In this document: positions 54,926-64,000 of the stretch, piece after piece
Layout: each line of letters opens with the position of its first letter
Numbering within the stretch: position 1 is the stretch's first letter
NCBI GenBank assembly: GCA_001917175.1
Contig: MNTV01000020.1
Location: forward strand, 114,810-178,809
Origin: Azospirillum sp. 51_20
GTDB taxonomy: Bacteria > Pseudomonadota > Alphaproteobacteria > RF32 > CAG-239
Direction of reading: 5' to 3'
DNA length: 64,000 nt
Made by a program: the position numbers and the translations under genes
Notes under the pieces: generated by a model
Seen by the model: the letters and a program-made list of their open reading frames with translations, nothing else
Database searches by the model: none
Told to the model about the DNA's origin: nothing

Positions 54926-57900
54926 TCACTGTTTCACAATTATTCCACCGCTTTGCGACGAACCGGAATCGGACGAACGGAGGATGATTCCGCCGTCCGT
55001 TCCCCGCCGCCCCCCACGCGCTTCCCGGCCGGGAACGACGACGTTTGAACTGTCATCGGAAAAATCAAGCACCCGGACCTTTTGCCCTTTGACCGCCTCT
55101 TCCGCACGCTGAATGTCGTCCAGATCGCGTTCAACCCTCATGGTTTTGCCGCCGGTCGAAATCTGCCCGGTATTTTCCTGCATTTTGCGTTTGATTTCCT
55201 GATCGTGCAGCCACTTGGCATAGGCCTTTTCTTCCGCCGCAACCTTTCCCTCCGTATAAGCGGCCATCTCGGCAGCCGCCTTTTCCATCGCCGCCAGTTG
55301 ATCAACCGTATTTTGACGGGCGGTGTCAAATTTACGGTAAAAACGTTCCAGCTGCTCGGTGTCTTTCATGTTTTGCAAAGTGACATTGTCCTTCGCAATG
55401 TCGGAATTGATCTGGTCAATCATCAGCAGCCCGGTTTCGATCTTCTTCTGCCAGTCGACGATGCTCGGATCCTTTTTCGGATAAAACGAAGTGTTGATCG
55501 CCGCCAGCCGTTTTTCAAATCCGCCCAGCCTGTCGATCGAACCGGCGGACACTTTTTTGGAGGTGTTGTAATTTTCAAAGATAACGTTATAGCTCTCGTT
55601 GATCCGCAATTTGACGTCTTTCAGATGAATGCGCTCCAGTTCTGTCCGAATCCGCCGCAGCTGCGCAACGCCTTTTTTGTTCTGTTCGTCAAGACGGGCC
55701 ACGATTTCATCGCCGATATTGACCATGTTGTCCTTAACGAAAATTTCCTCCAAAAGCGTGTTGAGGGCATCAATCTCCTTCTTCAGCGCCTGATATTCGG
55801 CACGGGTTCCCTTGTCGCGCGCCATCTGACTGAACAATTTAAAATCAGGCAGAACCTCGTCGTTCAGTTCGGTTTCCGCAACATGCGCCTTTTTCTGCTG
55901 CTCATCCATCAGCCGGCGGTATTTTTCGATCCGCGCCTGTTCTTCGGCCTCGGCTTCCGCCGCCAGTTTAGCCCAGTGGGCGTCAAACACGCTCGTCGCC
56001 CTGCCGACGTCAACCGACAGCACCGGCGTATTGATTGATCCGTCATAGGAAAAATCAAAACCCGGAACTTTTGCCCCGTCAAACGTCACTTTCAGCAAAG
56101 CCTTGTTGCTCCAATCCTTCAGACTGCCGTCCGCCTGCATGTCGATTGCCGCTCCGCTGCCGGCAAAATGCGCGTTGTCGATCGCGTAAACGCCCTTGTT
56201 CAGGGTTACGCCGCCGGCAAAAGAGTCGAACTCGGTTTCGCCCTGTCCCAGGGCATCGCGGACAACCACCGCAAATCCGTCGGAAACGTCGCGTTTGCTC
56301 AGGTCGGCTTCTATTTTTTCAAAATTCCATCCTTTGACCGTTGGTTTGACTATATCAAACTTGATCGTTCCGGACAAATCGGTCATCAGACTTTCGACCG
56401 AAACCGCCGAAGTGTTGAAAACGACATTTGCGTTAAGCGTGCCGCCAGTCAGTCCGTAAACGCTGCCGCTCCAGCCGTTCCGGCCGATGACAACGCCCTT
56501 GACGTCCGCCCGGCCGCTCAATCCGGCCCCCTGCGGAATGTTCAGTTCGGCCTCGCCGCTGATCACGCCTTTGGCATGTTCGCCGACAAAATCGTTCAGT
56601 TTCAGCACCCCTTTGTTCAACGTCAGCCGGCCCGTCGCTTTGGTCACGGAAAAGTTGTTCAGCAAAAGCGCGTCCGCCGTCAGGAAAGCGTTGACGTCCC
56701 AGTCTTTCAGCCAGTCATAGCCGATATGCGTCTGACTCAGACGGGGTTTGACGATGAAAGTCGCCGTTTCCGCCGAATTGCGGAAATTGGTTTTGTCGTC
56801 CTTCTGATTGACGTTATAGAAAAATTTCTCAAACTCAAAACGATTGAGCTTAAGGTCGGTTTTAACCTGGTGGCGGCCGTCTTTTTTCTGATAGGCAAGA
56901 CTGCCGGCAAAACTGTTGGCGCCGACGTTGACGTTCAACTGGTTAAACAACGCGACGCTGCCGCTGGTTTTGACGGCGGCGGACATTTTAAACAGCCCCA
57001 GCGGATAGTCCGGCGAATAGTCGACGGCAAAATTATTCAGCATTTTGACGAAACTGGGCGCCCGCACTTCGGTTTTGCCGTTAAGATAATAGGTGTTGTT
57101 GCGATAGGAAACTTCCCCGTGATAGGCGGCGTCAATGTCCCCCAGACGCAAAACGCTCTTGGTCGCCGCGCGTTCCAAACCGCCGGTAACCACCCCGGAA
57201 GCGGAAAAACTGCTCAGTTCGTTGAAATTGACATCGGCAATTTTTATTCCGAACTTGCTCAAAAAAGCGATCGTATCGCGGATATCCGCCTGATACCTCA
57301 GGTTCTTGACCTGTGGCGCCTGACCGAAACCACTCACTTCGCCTTTAAAGGTAAAGTCGCCGCTGGCCACGCTTTTGACCGACAGGTCGTCAATCTTCAT
57401 CACGCCGTCTTTGACAGTCGCTTCCATTGCCAGATCCTCGAACGGAATCTTCTCAAAAATTCCCGATTGCAGCGAAGTACGGAACTGCAGGTCGGCGTCT
57501 TTTAAAAACGTCAGCTTGCCGAAACGGTAGCGCAAACGTTCGCGCCAATCTTTTCCCGCCGTATCCGCAGGCAGCGCGGCGACATAATTGTCAAAGTTGA
57601 CGCTGTCGCCGTCGGCAATCACAAACCAGCGGGTTTTGTCGCCGCGGACGATGCCGATTTTGCCGTTGACCGCGCTCTTGTCAAGAATCAGGTCAAACGG
57701 CGCAATTTTGATCATCTCGGTGGTGCCTTCCACGGTCGCCGACAGGCTTGCCTTCTTATACGTGCCCTGGGCAAACGGCTCAACCCCGAGTTTCAGCCAT
57801 TTGGCAAACTTGCCGAAATCGCTCATGCTGGAAGTGAGGTTGAAGTTATAAGTCATCTTCTTTTCGACCCCGAACACTTCGCCGCTGATTTTGGCCGAGG

Positions 57901-59113
57901 CCTCGCCCGGCATGGTGGCACTCAGATTCTGAATTTTCAGCGTATTGTTCATAAAGTCGACGCTTAAGTCGAAATCACGGATCACCTGGCCGTTGTAAGT
58001 CGTTTTCAGCGCTTTCAGGTCGGCGATCACGTCAAAGTCGTACTCGGGTACGTAATTTTCCTTGCGGTCATATTTTTTGACAAAGTCGCGCACCAGCAGA
58101 ATGGCCGGCTCCAACTCAAACTCGGTCATGTTGAACACCGCGTCAATCCGCCGGCGTTCCATGCCGTTGTCGCCGATCTTCTGCTCGGTTCTCGGAATCA
58201 GTATGTTGCCGGCGCCGGCGCTGCCGCCGTACTTGACGACGATATTGCCGAGACTGATCTGCGACTTGTCGGTTTTAAGCTCCATCGACAGAGCCAGCGG
58301 ATGTTCGTAATCCTCCGAAATTTCGGCATTTTTAAAATTGGTGTTAAAGAAGTTGACCGGATTTTGCGATTCAAAAATCAGGTTGCCGTTGATCGCGTCG
58401 TTGTTCAGCAGCACGGTGCCGTCAAAGCGCACATAGCTTTCCGACTGCGGATGGCTGATCACCGCATTGACCGAGGTGGCAAAACTGTCGGAAAACTGGC
58501 CGAGCGAAACGGCAAAGCCGCCGGGACTGTTGTCCTTGACGTAGCTGCCCTCGATCCGGTAAGGGCCGAACAGACTCTGGGCGATGATTTCGGCATTCAT
58601 GTTGTCGAGCACCGAATTAATGTTGTAATCGTTGTTGACAAAGTGCATTTTGGCCTTTTCTACCGTCAGACTGTTTAAGGAAATCTCCACGTTGTCGATT
58701 CGAAAATCCTGCTGGCTGCCGCTTGAAGACTGCCAGTTGAGCTTGCCGTCGGAATAGGCTTCGACGTAAATCTCCGGCTCGACCAGACTCATCCGCTCAA
58801 CGTTGAAACTGCCGCTGATCAGCGAACGGATCGAGAGGGTGGAAACCAGTTTCTGTATTTTGGCCAGCAGCACCCTTTCGCCGGAAGCGGTACGGTTGTA
58901 GATGGAAATGTCCCCCGCTTCCAGATAGGGGGACGGGAACAGGCTGAAACGCACCGGACCGTCAAACACCACCTCCTTACCGGTGGCCGCCGAGAACTGC
59001 TGGGAAATCTTGTCTTTGTGACGGTTCCAGTCGATATTGTTGAGATAAACCGTCACTCCGCCCACGGCGGCAAGGACCAGGATAATGATCAGCAGCAAAA
59101 CTTTTTTCCACAT
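54926..59113 (-). CDS. AsmA-family giant envelope protein (1395 aa) with coiled-coil C-terminal region
   Basis: N-terminal anchor MWKKVLLLIIILVLAAVGGVTVYL followed by an AsmA-like beta-rich region. The C-terminal ~350 aa are charged and helical. Confidence 0.75.
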   Translation of the reverse strand: MWKKVLLLIIILVLAAVGGVTVYLNNIDWNRHKDKISQQFSAATGKEVVFDGPVRFSLFPSPYLEAGDISIYNRTASGERVLLAKIQKLVSTLSIRSLISGSFNVERMSLVEPEIYVEAYSDGKLNWQSSSGSQQDFRIDNVEISLNSLTVEKAKMHFVNNDYNINSVLDNMNAEIIAQSLFGPYRIEGSYVKDNSPGGFAVSLGQFSDSFATSVNAVISHPQSESYVRFDGTVLLNNDAINGNLIFESQNPVNFFNTNFKNAEISEDYEHPLALSMELKTDKSQISLGNIVVKYGGSAGAGNILIPRTEQKIGDNGMERRRIDAVFNMTEFELEPAILLVRDFVKKYDRKENYVPEYDFDVIADLKALKTTYNGQVIRDFDLSVDFMNNTLKIQNLSATMPGEASAKISGEVFGVEKKMTYNFNLTSSMSDFGKFAKWLKLGVEPFAQGTYKKASLSATVEGTTEMIKIAPFDLILDKSAVNGKIGIVRGDKTRWFVIADGDSVNFDNYVAALPADTAGKDWRERLRYRFGKLTFLKDADLQFRTSLQSGIFEKIPFEDLAMEATVKDGVMKIDDLSVKSVASGDFTFKGEVSGFGQAPQVKNLRYQADIRDTIAFLSKFGIKIADVNFNELSSFSASGVVTGGLERAATKSVLRLGDIDAAYHGEVSYRNNTYYLNGKTEVRAPSFVKMLNNFAVDYSPDYPLGLFKMSAAVKTSGSVALFNQLNVNVGANSFAGSLAYQKKDGRHQVKTDLKLNRFEFEKFFYNVNQKDDKTNFRNSAETATFIVKPRLSQTHIGYDWLKDWDVNAFLTADALLLNNFSVTKATGRLTLNKGVLKLNDFVGEHAKGVISGEAELNIPQGAGLSGRADVKGVVIGRNGWSGSVYGLTGGTLNANVVFNTSAVSVESLMTDLSGTIKFDIVKPTVKGWNFEKIEADLSKRDVSDGFAVVVRDALGQGETEFDSFAGGVTLNKGVYAIDNAHFAGSGAAIDMQADGSLKDWSNKALLKVTFDGAKVPGFDFSYDGSINTPVLSVDVGRATSVFDAHWAKLAAEAEAEEQARIEKYRRLMDEQQKKAHVAETELNDEVLPDFKLFSQMARDKGTRAEYQALKKEIDALNTLLEEIFVKDNMVNIGDEIVARLDEQNKKGVAQLRRIRTELERIHLKDVKLRINESYNVIFENYNTSKKVSAGSIDRLGGFEKRLAAINTSFYPKKDPSIVDWQKKIETGLLMIDQINSDIAKDNVTLQNMKDTEQLERFYRKFDTARQNTVDQLAAMEKAAAEMAAYTEGKVAAEEKAYAKWLHDQEIKRKMQENTGQISTGGKTMRVERDLDDIQRAEEAVKGQKVRVLDFSDDSSNVVVPGREARGGRRGTDGGIILRSSDSGSSQSGGIIVKQ

Positions 59114-59226
59114 AGACGCTTCCTTTTTTCAAAATGCAAAAGTCAAAAATAATCTTTGCTAAAACGGTAATCGTAGCATAATATACCCTATATTGATAAA
59201 TAAAACATTTAAGGTCAAGCCCGAAC

Positions 59227-59616
59227 ATGAAAAATTATCGTCAACTTTTCACTTTTGCCCGGACGGCGCTGGAGAAGGCTTACGCGCCCTATTCGCACTT
59301 CAGGGTCGGCGCCGCGATCGAAGCCGACGACGGAAAGGTTTACGCCGGCTGCAACGTCGAAAACGTTTCCTACCCCTGCGGCACCTGCGCCGAAGCCGGC
59401 GCCGTCGCCGCCATGGTCTGCGGCGGAAGCGCCAAAATCCGGCGGATTCTCGTCACCTCCGACGGCGCCGCGCTGGTTGCCCCCTGCGGCGCCTGCCTGC
59501 AGCGGATTTTGGAATTTTCCCTGCCGGAAACGGAAATTCTGCTGGCCGACCGGGAAGGAGTAAAGAAGACAATGACGATCAACGAGCTTTTGCCCAATGC
59601 CTTTAAGGAATTTTAG
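59227..59616 (+). CDS. cdd: Cytidine deaminase
   Basis: CNVENVSYPCGTCAEAGAV and PCGACLQRILEF zinc-ligand motifs. Confidence 0.9.
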   Translation: MKNYRQLFTFARTALEKAYAPYSHFRVGAAIEADDGKVYAGCNVENVSYPCGTCAEAGAVAAMVCGGSAKIRRILVTSDGAALVAPCGACLQRILEFSLPETEILLADREGVKKTMTINELLPNAFKEF

Positions 59617-59617
59617 C

Positions 59618-60427
59618 ATGATCAACACCGAACAATTCAAACGTCTGCTGGCGGACAAACGACCGCAGACCGCAGTCATCCTCGGTTCCGGCCTCGGTTC
59701 CGTTGCCGACGCCGTCGAAGACCCGCTGACAATTGACTATGCGGCGATCGAAGGCTTTCCCCGCACCACCGTTGCCGGTCATTCCGGCAAAATGATCGTC
59801 GGCCGGCTGGGGCAAAGCGAAGTTCTCTGCCTGCAGGGACGTTTCCATCTCTACGAAGGCCACCGTCCGCAGGTGATTGCGGAAGTCGTCAACGCGCTTA
59901 AAGCCGTCGGCGTCAACCGGCTGATCGTCACCAACGCCGCCGGTTCGCTCAACCCGGAATTTACCCCGGGCAGTCTGATGCTGATCAAAGACCACATCAA
60001 TTTTTCCGGTCAAAATCCGCTTGTCGGCGCCAACGACGAGAGCACAGGCCCCCGTTTTCCCGATATGAGCAACGCCTATGACCGGGACATGCGCCGGCAG
60101 GCGAAAGAACTGGCCGCCAAACTCGGAATCAACCTGCCGGAAGGCGTTTACCTGATGGTGCTCGGCCCGAATTTTGAAACCGCTGCCGAAATCCGCGCCT
60201 TCCGCACGCTCGGCGCCGACGCCGTCGGCATGTCCACGGTGCCGGAAGTAATCGCCGCCGTCCATGCCGGCATCAAAGTGCTGGCCGTTTCCGCCGTTAC
60301 CAACTTCGGCACCGGATTGCAGGAAACCCCGCTTTCCCACGAAGAAACCATCGCCGGCGCCGCCCGCGCAAGCAGCGCTCTCACCGCTCTGATCACCAAC
60401 TACATCAAGGAGTTCTGCCATGAGTGA
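59618..60427 (+). CDS. Purine nucleoside phosphorylase (trimeric PNP/PunA type)
   Basis: AVILGSGLG, TVAGHSGKMIVGRL, LQGRFHLYEGH, GPNFETAAEIR, VGMSTVPEV. The ATG at 59618 comes just after the cdd stop. Confidence 0.9.
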   Translation: MINTEQFKRLLADKRPQTAVILGSGLGSVADAVEDPLTIDYAAIEGFPRTTVAGHSGKMIVGRLGQSEVLCLQGRFHLYEGHRPQVIAEVVNALKAVGVNRLIVTNAAGSLNPEFTPGSLMLIKDHINFSGQNPLVGANDESTGPRFPDMSNAYDRDMRRQAKELAAKLGINLPEGVYLMVLGPNFETAAEIRAFRTLGADAVGMSTVPEVIAAVHAGIKVLAVSAVTNFGTGLQETPLSHEETIAGAARASSALTALITNYIKEFCHE

Positions 60428-61154
60428 CATCCAAAACGCTTTCCGCCTGATCGGCAGTCTGGACCTCACCTCGCTCAGCCATGACGATACGGAAGAAAAA
60501 ATCGCCGCCCTGTGCGCCAAGGCGGTCACGCCCTACGGAACGACGGCCGCCGTCTGCGTTTATCCGGAATGGGTGCCGCTGGCCCGCAAACTGCTGAAGA
60601 AAACGCCGGTCAAAGTTGCCACCGTGGTCAATTTTCCCGCCGGCGGCAACGATTTCAAGCTGATGAAAGACGAAATCAAAAAAGGCCTGAGCGGCGGTGC
60701 CGACGAAATCGACGCCGTTTTTCCCTACCGCGACTTTCTTGCCGGCAATACGGATTCCTGCCGGCGTTTTCTCGACATCATCCAGCGCGAATGCGGCAAA
60801 CACACCAGCAAAATCATTCTTGAAACCGGCGAACTCAACCACGTGTCGACAATTGCCGCGGCAGTAAAACTCTGCCTCGAATACGACATTGACTTCATCA
60901 AAACCTCAACCGGCAAAACCCCGGTTTCCGCCACCGTCGGCGCCGCCAACATCATTCTGGAAACCATCCGCGACAGCGGCCGCGACGTCGGTTTTAAGGC
61001 CAGTGGCGGCATCAGGGAATTTGAAGAAGCCCGCAAATATCTGATATTATCCGAAGTTATCCTGGGCGCCGACTGGCCTGATCCGGCGCATTTCCGCATT
61101 GGCGCCAGTTCGCTTTTGGACGATCTGATCAGAGTTATCGAAAATAAAGACTGA
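60420..61154 (+). CDS. deoC: Deoxyribose-phosphate aldolase
   Basis: LDLTSLSHDDTEEKI...DFIKTSTGK...FKASGGIR. Confidence 0.9.
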   Translation: MSDIQNAFRLIGSLDLTSLSHDDTEEKIAALCAKAVTPYGTTAAVCVYPEWVPLARKLLKKTPVKVATVVNFPAGGNDFKLMKDEIKKGLSGGADEIDAVFPYRDFLAGNTDSCRRFLDIIQRECGKHTSKIILETGELNHVSTIAAAVKLCLEYDIDFIKTSTGKTPVSATVGAANIILETIRDSGRDVGFKASGGIREFEEARKYLILSEVILGADWPDPAHFRIGASSLLDDLIRVIENKD

Positions 61155-61169
61155 CAAACGGAGTTAACC

Positions 61170-62480
61170 ATGCTGCCACAGGAAATTATCCGCAAAAAAC
61201 GCGACAAACAAAACCTAAGCGCCGAAGAAATCGACTTTTTCGTCCGCGGCGTCACCGACGGCACCATCGCCGACTGCCAGATCGGCTCTTTTACCATGGC
61301 CGCCTTCTTAAACGGACTTGACGCCGGCGAAACCAAAAACCTGACCCTTGCCATGCGCGATTCCGGCGACGTTTTGCAATGGCCGGAACTGGACGCGCCG
61401 GTCGTTGACAAACATTCTTCCGGCGGAGTCGGCGACAAGGTCAGTCTGATGTTGGCTCCGATGCTGGCGGCGGCTGGCGTCTATGTGCCGATGATTTCCG
61501 GCCGCGGGCTCGGACATACCGGAGGCACGCTCGACAAGTTTGACTCTGTCCCCGGTTACCAAACTCATCCCGACAACGATCTTTTCCGCGCAGCCGTCAA
61601 AGAAGTCGGCTGCGCCGTCATCGGCCAGACCGGCAGCCTGGCGCCGGCCGACAAAAAGATCTACGCCGTCCGCGACGTTTCCGCCACGGTTGAATCGATT
61701 CCGCTGATTACCGCTTCGATTCTTTCCAAAAAGCTGGCGGCCGGACTCGACTGTCTGATCATGGACTTGAAATTCGGCAACGGCGCGTTTATGGAGAGCA
61801 TTGACGACGGCCGCGCCCTTGCCCGCTCGATCGTCAGCGTCGCCGGCAAAGCCGGCACCAAAACCAAGGCCCTCCTTACCGACATGAACCAGGTGCTGGG
61901 CACCACCGCCGGCAACGCGGTGGAAGTAAAAGAAGCGGTTGATTATTTAAAAGGCATTAATGTTGACCCGCGCCTGCACGAAATTACCCTCAGTCTGGCT
62001 GCCGAACTGCTGGTAACGGCAGGCTGTTTTGCCGACGCCGGCGAAGCGCGGAAACGGCTGCTGGCCGATCTTGATTCCGGCCGTTCGCCGGAAGTGTTCG
62101 CCCGCATGGTCAAAAAACTCGGCGGTCCCGCCGACTTTGTCGAACGTCCGGAAAAATACCTGCCCCGGGCAGCCATCGTCAAACCCGTTTTTCCGCTTTG
62201 CTCCGGTTACGTCGAAAGCATGAACACCCGCAACATCGGCCTCAGCATCATCGGCCTGAAAGGCGGCCGCACCTCGCCGGAACAAAAGCTGGATTACGCC
62301 ACCGGCTACACCGGCTTCTGTCAGATCGGCGACTATGTCGACGAGCAAAACCCGCTGGCGTTTGTCCATGCCGAAAGCGAAGAGGATTACAACTTTGCCG
62401 CCGACGAACTGCAGCGCAATATTGTCACTGCCAACGAAAAACCGCAGATTAATCCGGCCGTAGCCGAAACCGTGGAATAA
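61170..62480 (+). CDS. deoA: Thymidine phosphorylase
   Basis: MLPQEIIRKKRDKQNLSAEEIDFFVRGVTDGTIADCQIGSFTMAAFLNGL...DKHSSGGVGDK. Confidence 0.9.
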   Translation: MLPQEIIRKKRDKQNLSAEEIDFFVRGVTDGTIADCQIGSFTMAAFLNGLDAGETKNLTLAMRDSGDVLQWPELDAPVVDKHSSGGVGDKVSLMLAPMLAAAGVYVPMISGRGLGHTGGTLDKFDSVPGYQTHPDNDLFRAAVKEVGCAVIGQTGSLAPADKKIYAVRDVSATVESIPLITASILSKKLAAGLDCLIMDLKFGNGAFMESIDDGRALARSIVSVAGKAGTKTKALLTDMNQVLGTTAGNAVEVKEAVDYLKGINVDPRLHEITLSLAAELLVTAGCFADAGEARKRLLADLDSGRSPEVFARMVKKLGGPADFVERPEKYLPRAAIVKPVFPLCSGYVESMNTRNIGLSIIGLKGGRTSPEQKLDYATGYTGFCQIGDYVDEQNPLAFVHAESEEDYNFAADELQRNIVTANEKPQINPAVAETVE

Positions 62481-62484
62481 AACA

Positions 62485-63261
62485 ATGCTTGAAAATATGG
62501 TCAATTTTTACCTCGCACCCAACCTGCCGGCGGACAGGCATGCCTTTTTCGGCAGGAACGGCGGCGTTTCCGAGGGCATTTACGCCAGTTTCAACTTCAA
62601 CCGCAAAAGCCGCGACAAGGCGGAAAACATAGAAAAAAACCTTGAACTGGTCGGCAGGTTCTACGGCCTCCCCGGCAACGCGGTGATGCGTCCCTGCCAG
62701 GGGCATACCGACAAAGCCGTTTATGTCGACCGCCCCTCGCGTTACGAAATCGAGGCCGACGGCGTGGTCACCGACCGTCCCGGCATCATTCTGGGCATTA
62801 CCACCGCCGACTGCATGCCGGTTCTGCTGGCCGATGAAAAACACGGCGTTATCGGCGCCGCTCATGCCGGCTGGCGGGGCGCGCTTGCCGGTGTCATTGA
62901 AAACACGGTCAAAGTCATGCTCGAAAAAGGCGCCGCCGTCGAAGACATTACCGCCGCTGCCGGTCCCTGCCTGCAAAAGGAATCTTTTGAAGTGCAAAAC
63001 GACATGAGAAACCTTTTCCTTGACCGGGACAAAGACAACGAACGTTTCTTCACGCCCTGCGCCGGAGAACGCTGGCTTTGCGATCTGGAAGCCTTTGTCC
63101 GGCACCGTTTTGATCTTATCGGCATTAAAAACATTTCGTTCTCCGGCATCGACACTTACACCAACCCGGAACTTTATTTCAGTTACCGCCGCTGCCGTCA
63201 CCTGGGACAGATTGCGGTCAAAGACGATTTTCCGATAGAACTGTCAACCATCAGACTGTGA
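62485..63261 (+). CDS. pgeF: YfiH/PgeF-family (laccase-domain) purine nucleoside enzyme / peptidoglycan editing factor
   Basis: TADCMPVLLADEKHGVIGAAHAGWRG...YSYRR. Confidence 0.85.
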   Translation: MLENMVNFYLAPNLPADRHAFFGRNGGVSEGIYASFNFNRKSRDKAENIEKNLELVGRFYGLPGNAVMRPCQGHTDKAVYVDRPSRYEIEADGVVTDRPGIILGITTADCMPVLLADEKHGVIGAAHAGWRGALAGVIENTVKVMLEKGAAVEDITAAAGPCLQKESFEVQNDMRNLFLDRDKDNERFFTPCAGERWLCDLEAFVRHRFDLIGIKNISFSGIDTYTNPELYFSYRRCRHLGQIAVKDDFPIELSTIRL

Positions 63262-63998
63262 GGGCCGCCATGATCACATACCGCCCGCTTCCCTTCTTTA
63301 ACGAACGCAAACTTCCGATCAGCATGCTGGTCATCCACTCCATGGCTCACAATGCCGGGGAAGGGATTGCGCAGCTGGAAAAACTGCAGCTTTCCGCTCA
63401 TTACGTCGTTGATTACGACGGCACCGTTTATCAGTGCGTCAGCGAAGACAAACGCGCCTGGCATGCCGGCGTCGCCTTCTGGCGCGGCATCACCGACGTC
63501 AATTCGGCCGCCATCGGCATCGAGGTCTGCCACCGCTCGCTCGGCCAGAGCCGTTTCAACCGAAAGCAGATTGCCGCGCTGACGGAACTTTGCCGCGATA
63601 TCATCGACCGCCGGCGGATTGCCCCGACCATGATCGTCGGCCACTCCGACGTCGCGCCGCAACGCAAGCCCGATCCGGGCAAAGGCTTTCCCTGGCGGGA
63701 ACTGGCCGCTGCCGACATCGGCATTTGGTACGGCAGCCGCTTTTCGGCGGAAACAGACATTGCCAAAATGCTTTCCGAAATCGGTTACGGCATCACCGGA
63801 GAAAAGGGACTGCAAGCCGCGGCTTATGCCTTCTGCCGGCGCTTTCTGCCGAAAAAAATCAGCAAACTGCCGGTCAAAAAACTGGTGGAAACGCCTTTTG
63901 CTGCCGACAGCGGAGAACTTTTAAACGACGGCGAATTTCTCAACACTTTGCAAAACATCCACTGCCAGTATCAGATTTACGGCAAAAGCAGTCTGTAA
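63258..63998 (+). CDS. N-acetylmuramoyl-L-alanine amidase (AmpD-like, Amidase_2)
   Basis: LVIHSMA...SAHYVVDYDGTVYQCVSEDKRAWHAG...NSAAIGIEV...GHSDVAPQRKPDPG. Confidence 0.8.
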   Translation: MRAAMITYRPLPFFNERKLPISMLVIHSMAHNAGEGIAQLEKLQLSAHYVVDYDGTVYQCVSEDKRAWHAGVAFWRGITDVNSAAIGIEVCHRSLGQSRFNRKQIAALTELCRDIIDRRRIAPTMIVGHSDVAPQRKPDPGKGFPWRELAAADIGIWYGSRFSAETDIAKMLSEIGYGITGEKGLQAAAYAFCRRFLPKKISKLPVKKLVETPFAADSGELLNDGEFLNTLQNIHCQYQIYGKSSL

Positions 63999-64000
63999 AC

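Overview
By-eye annotation only; all homology calls come from reading the translations and no searches were run. Ribosomal-protein sequences and gene order look alphaproteobacterial. (1) 1-11056 is the AT-richer right-hand part of an integrated lambdoid temperate phage whose left end lies outside the window. Its order mirrors the lambda left arm: Cro-like/CI-like switch, lysogeny-expressed cassettes at the rexAB-equivalent position, a pL-like promoter, then ERF recombinase, BRO antirepressor, an odd tRNA-like RNA, a C5-methyltransferase, Xis-like gene and tyrosine integrase. It ends in a 60-nt 3' fragment of tRNA-Leu(UAA), read as attR. (2) 11.1-23.9 kb holds host accessory genes: an ankyrin-repeat exported protein, a CPA2 antiporter, a C39-like peptidase, a flavin reductase fusion, a small XRE gene preceded by two tandem structured RNA elements, a Sel1-repeat protein and an ABC-F ATPase. 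(3) 23.9-47.9 kb is the S10/spc/alpha ribosomal-protein supercluster on the minus strand, interrupted twice. About 7 kb lies between rpoA and rplQ, including a tightly coupled five-gene operon: SAM methyltransferase, AlaRS-core-like protein, MccF/LdcA-type S66 peptidase, Dcd, and a degenerate Dcd. About 3 kb lies between rplO and secY. (4) 48.4-64 kb carries a Pmp-repeat autotransporter, ychF-pth-rplY, galU, a 1395-aa AsmA-family protein, and a cdd-PNP-deoC-deoA-pgeF-amidase operon. No rRNA or CRISPR array was seen. The best candidates for something undescribed are the five-gene operon at 25.1-28.9 kb, the paired structured RNAs at 19.2-19.8 kb, the 133-nt composite tRNA-like element at 6868-7000, and the small two-gene cassette at 2947-3529.
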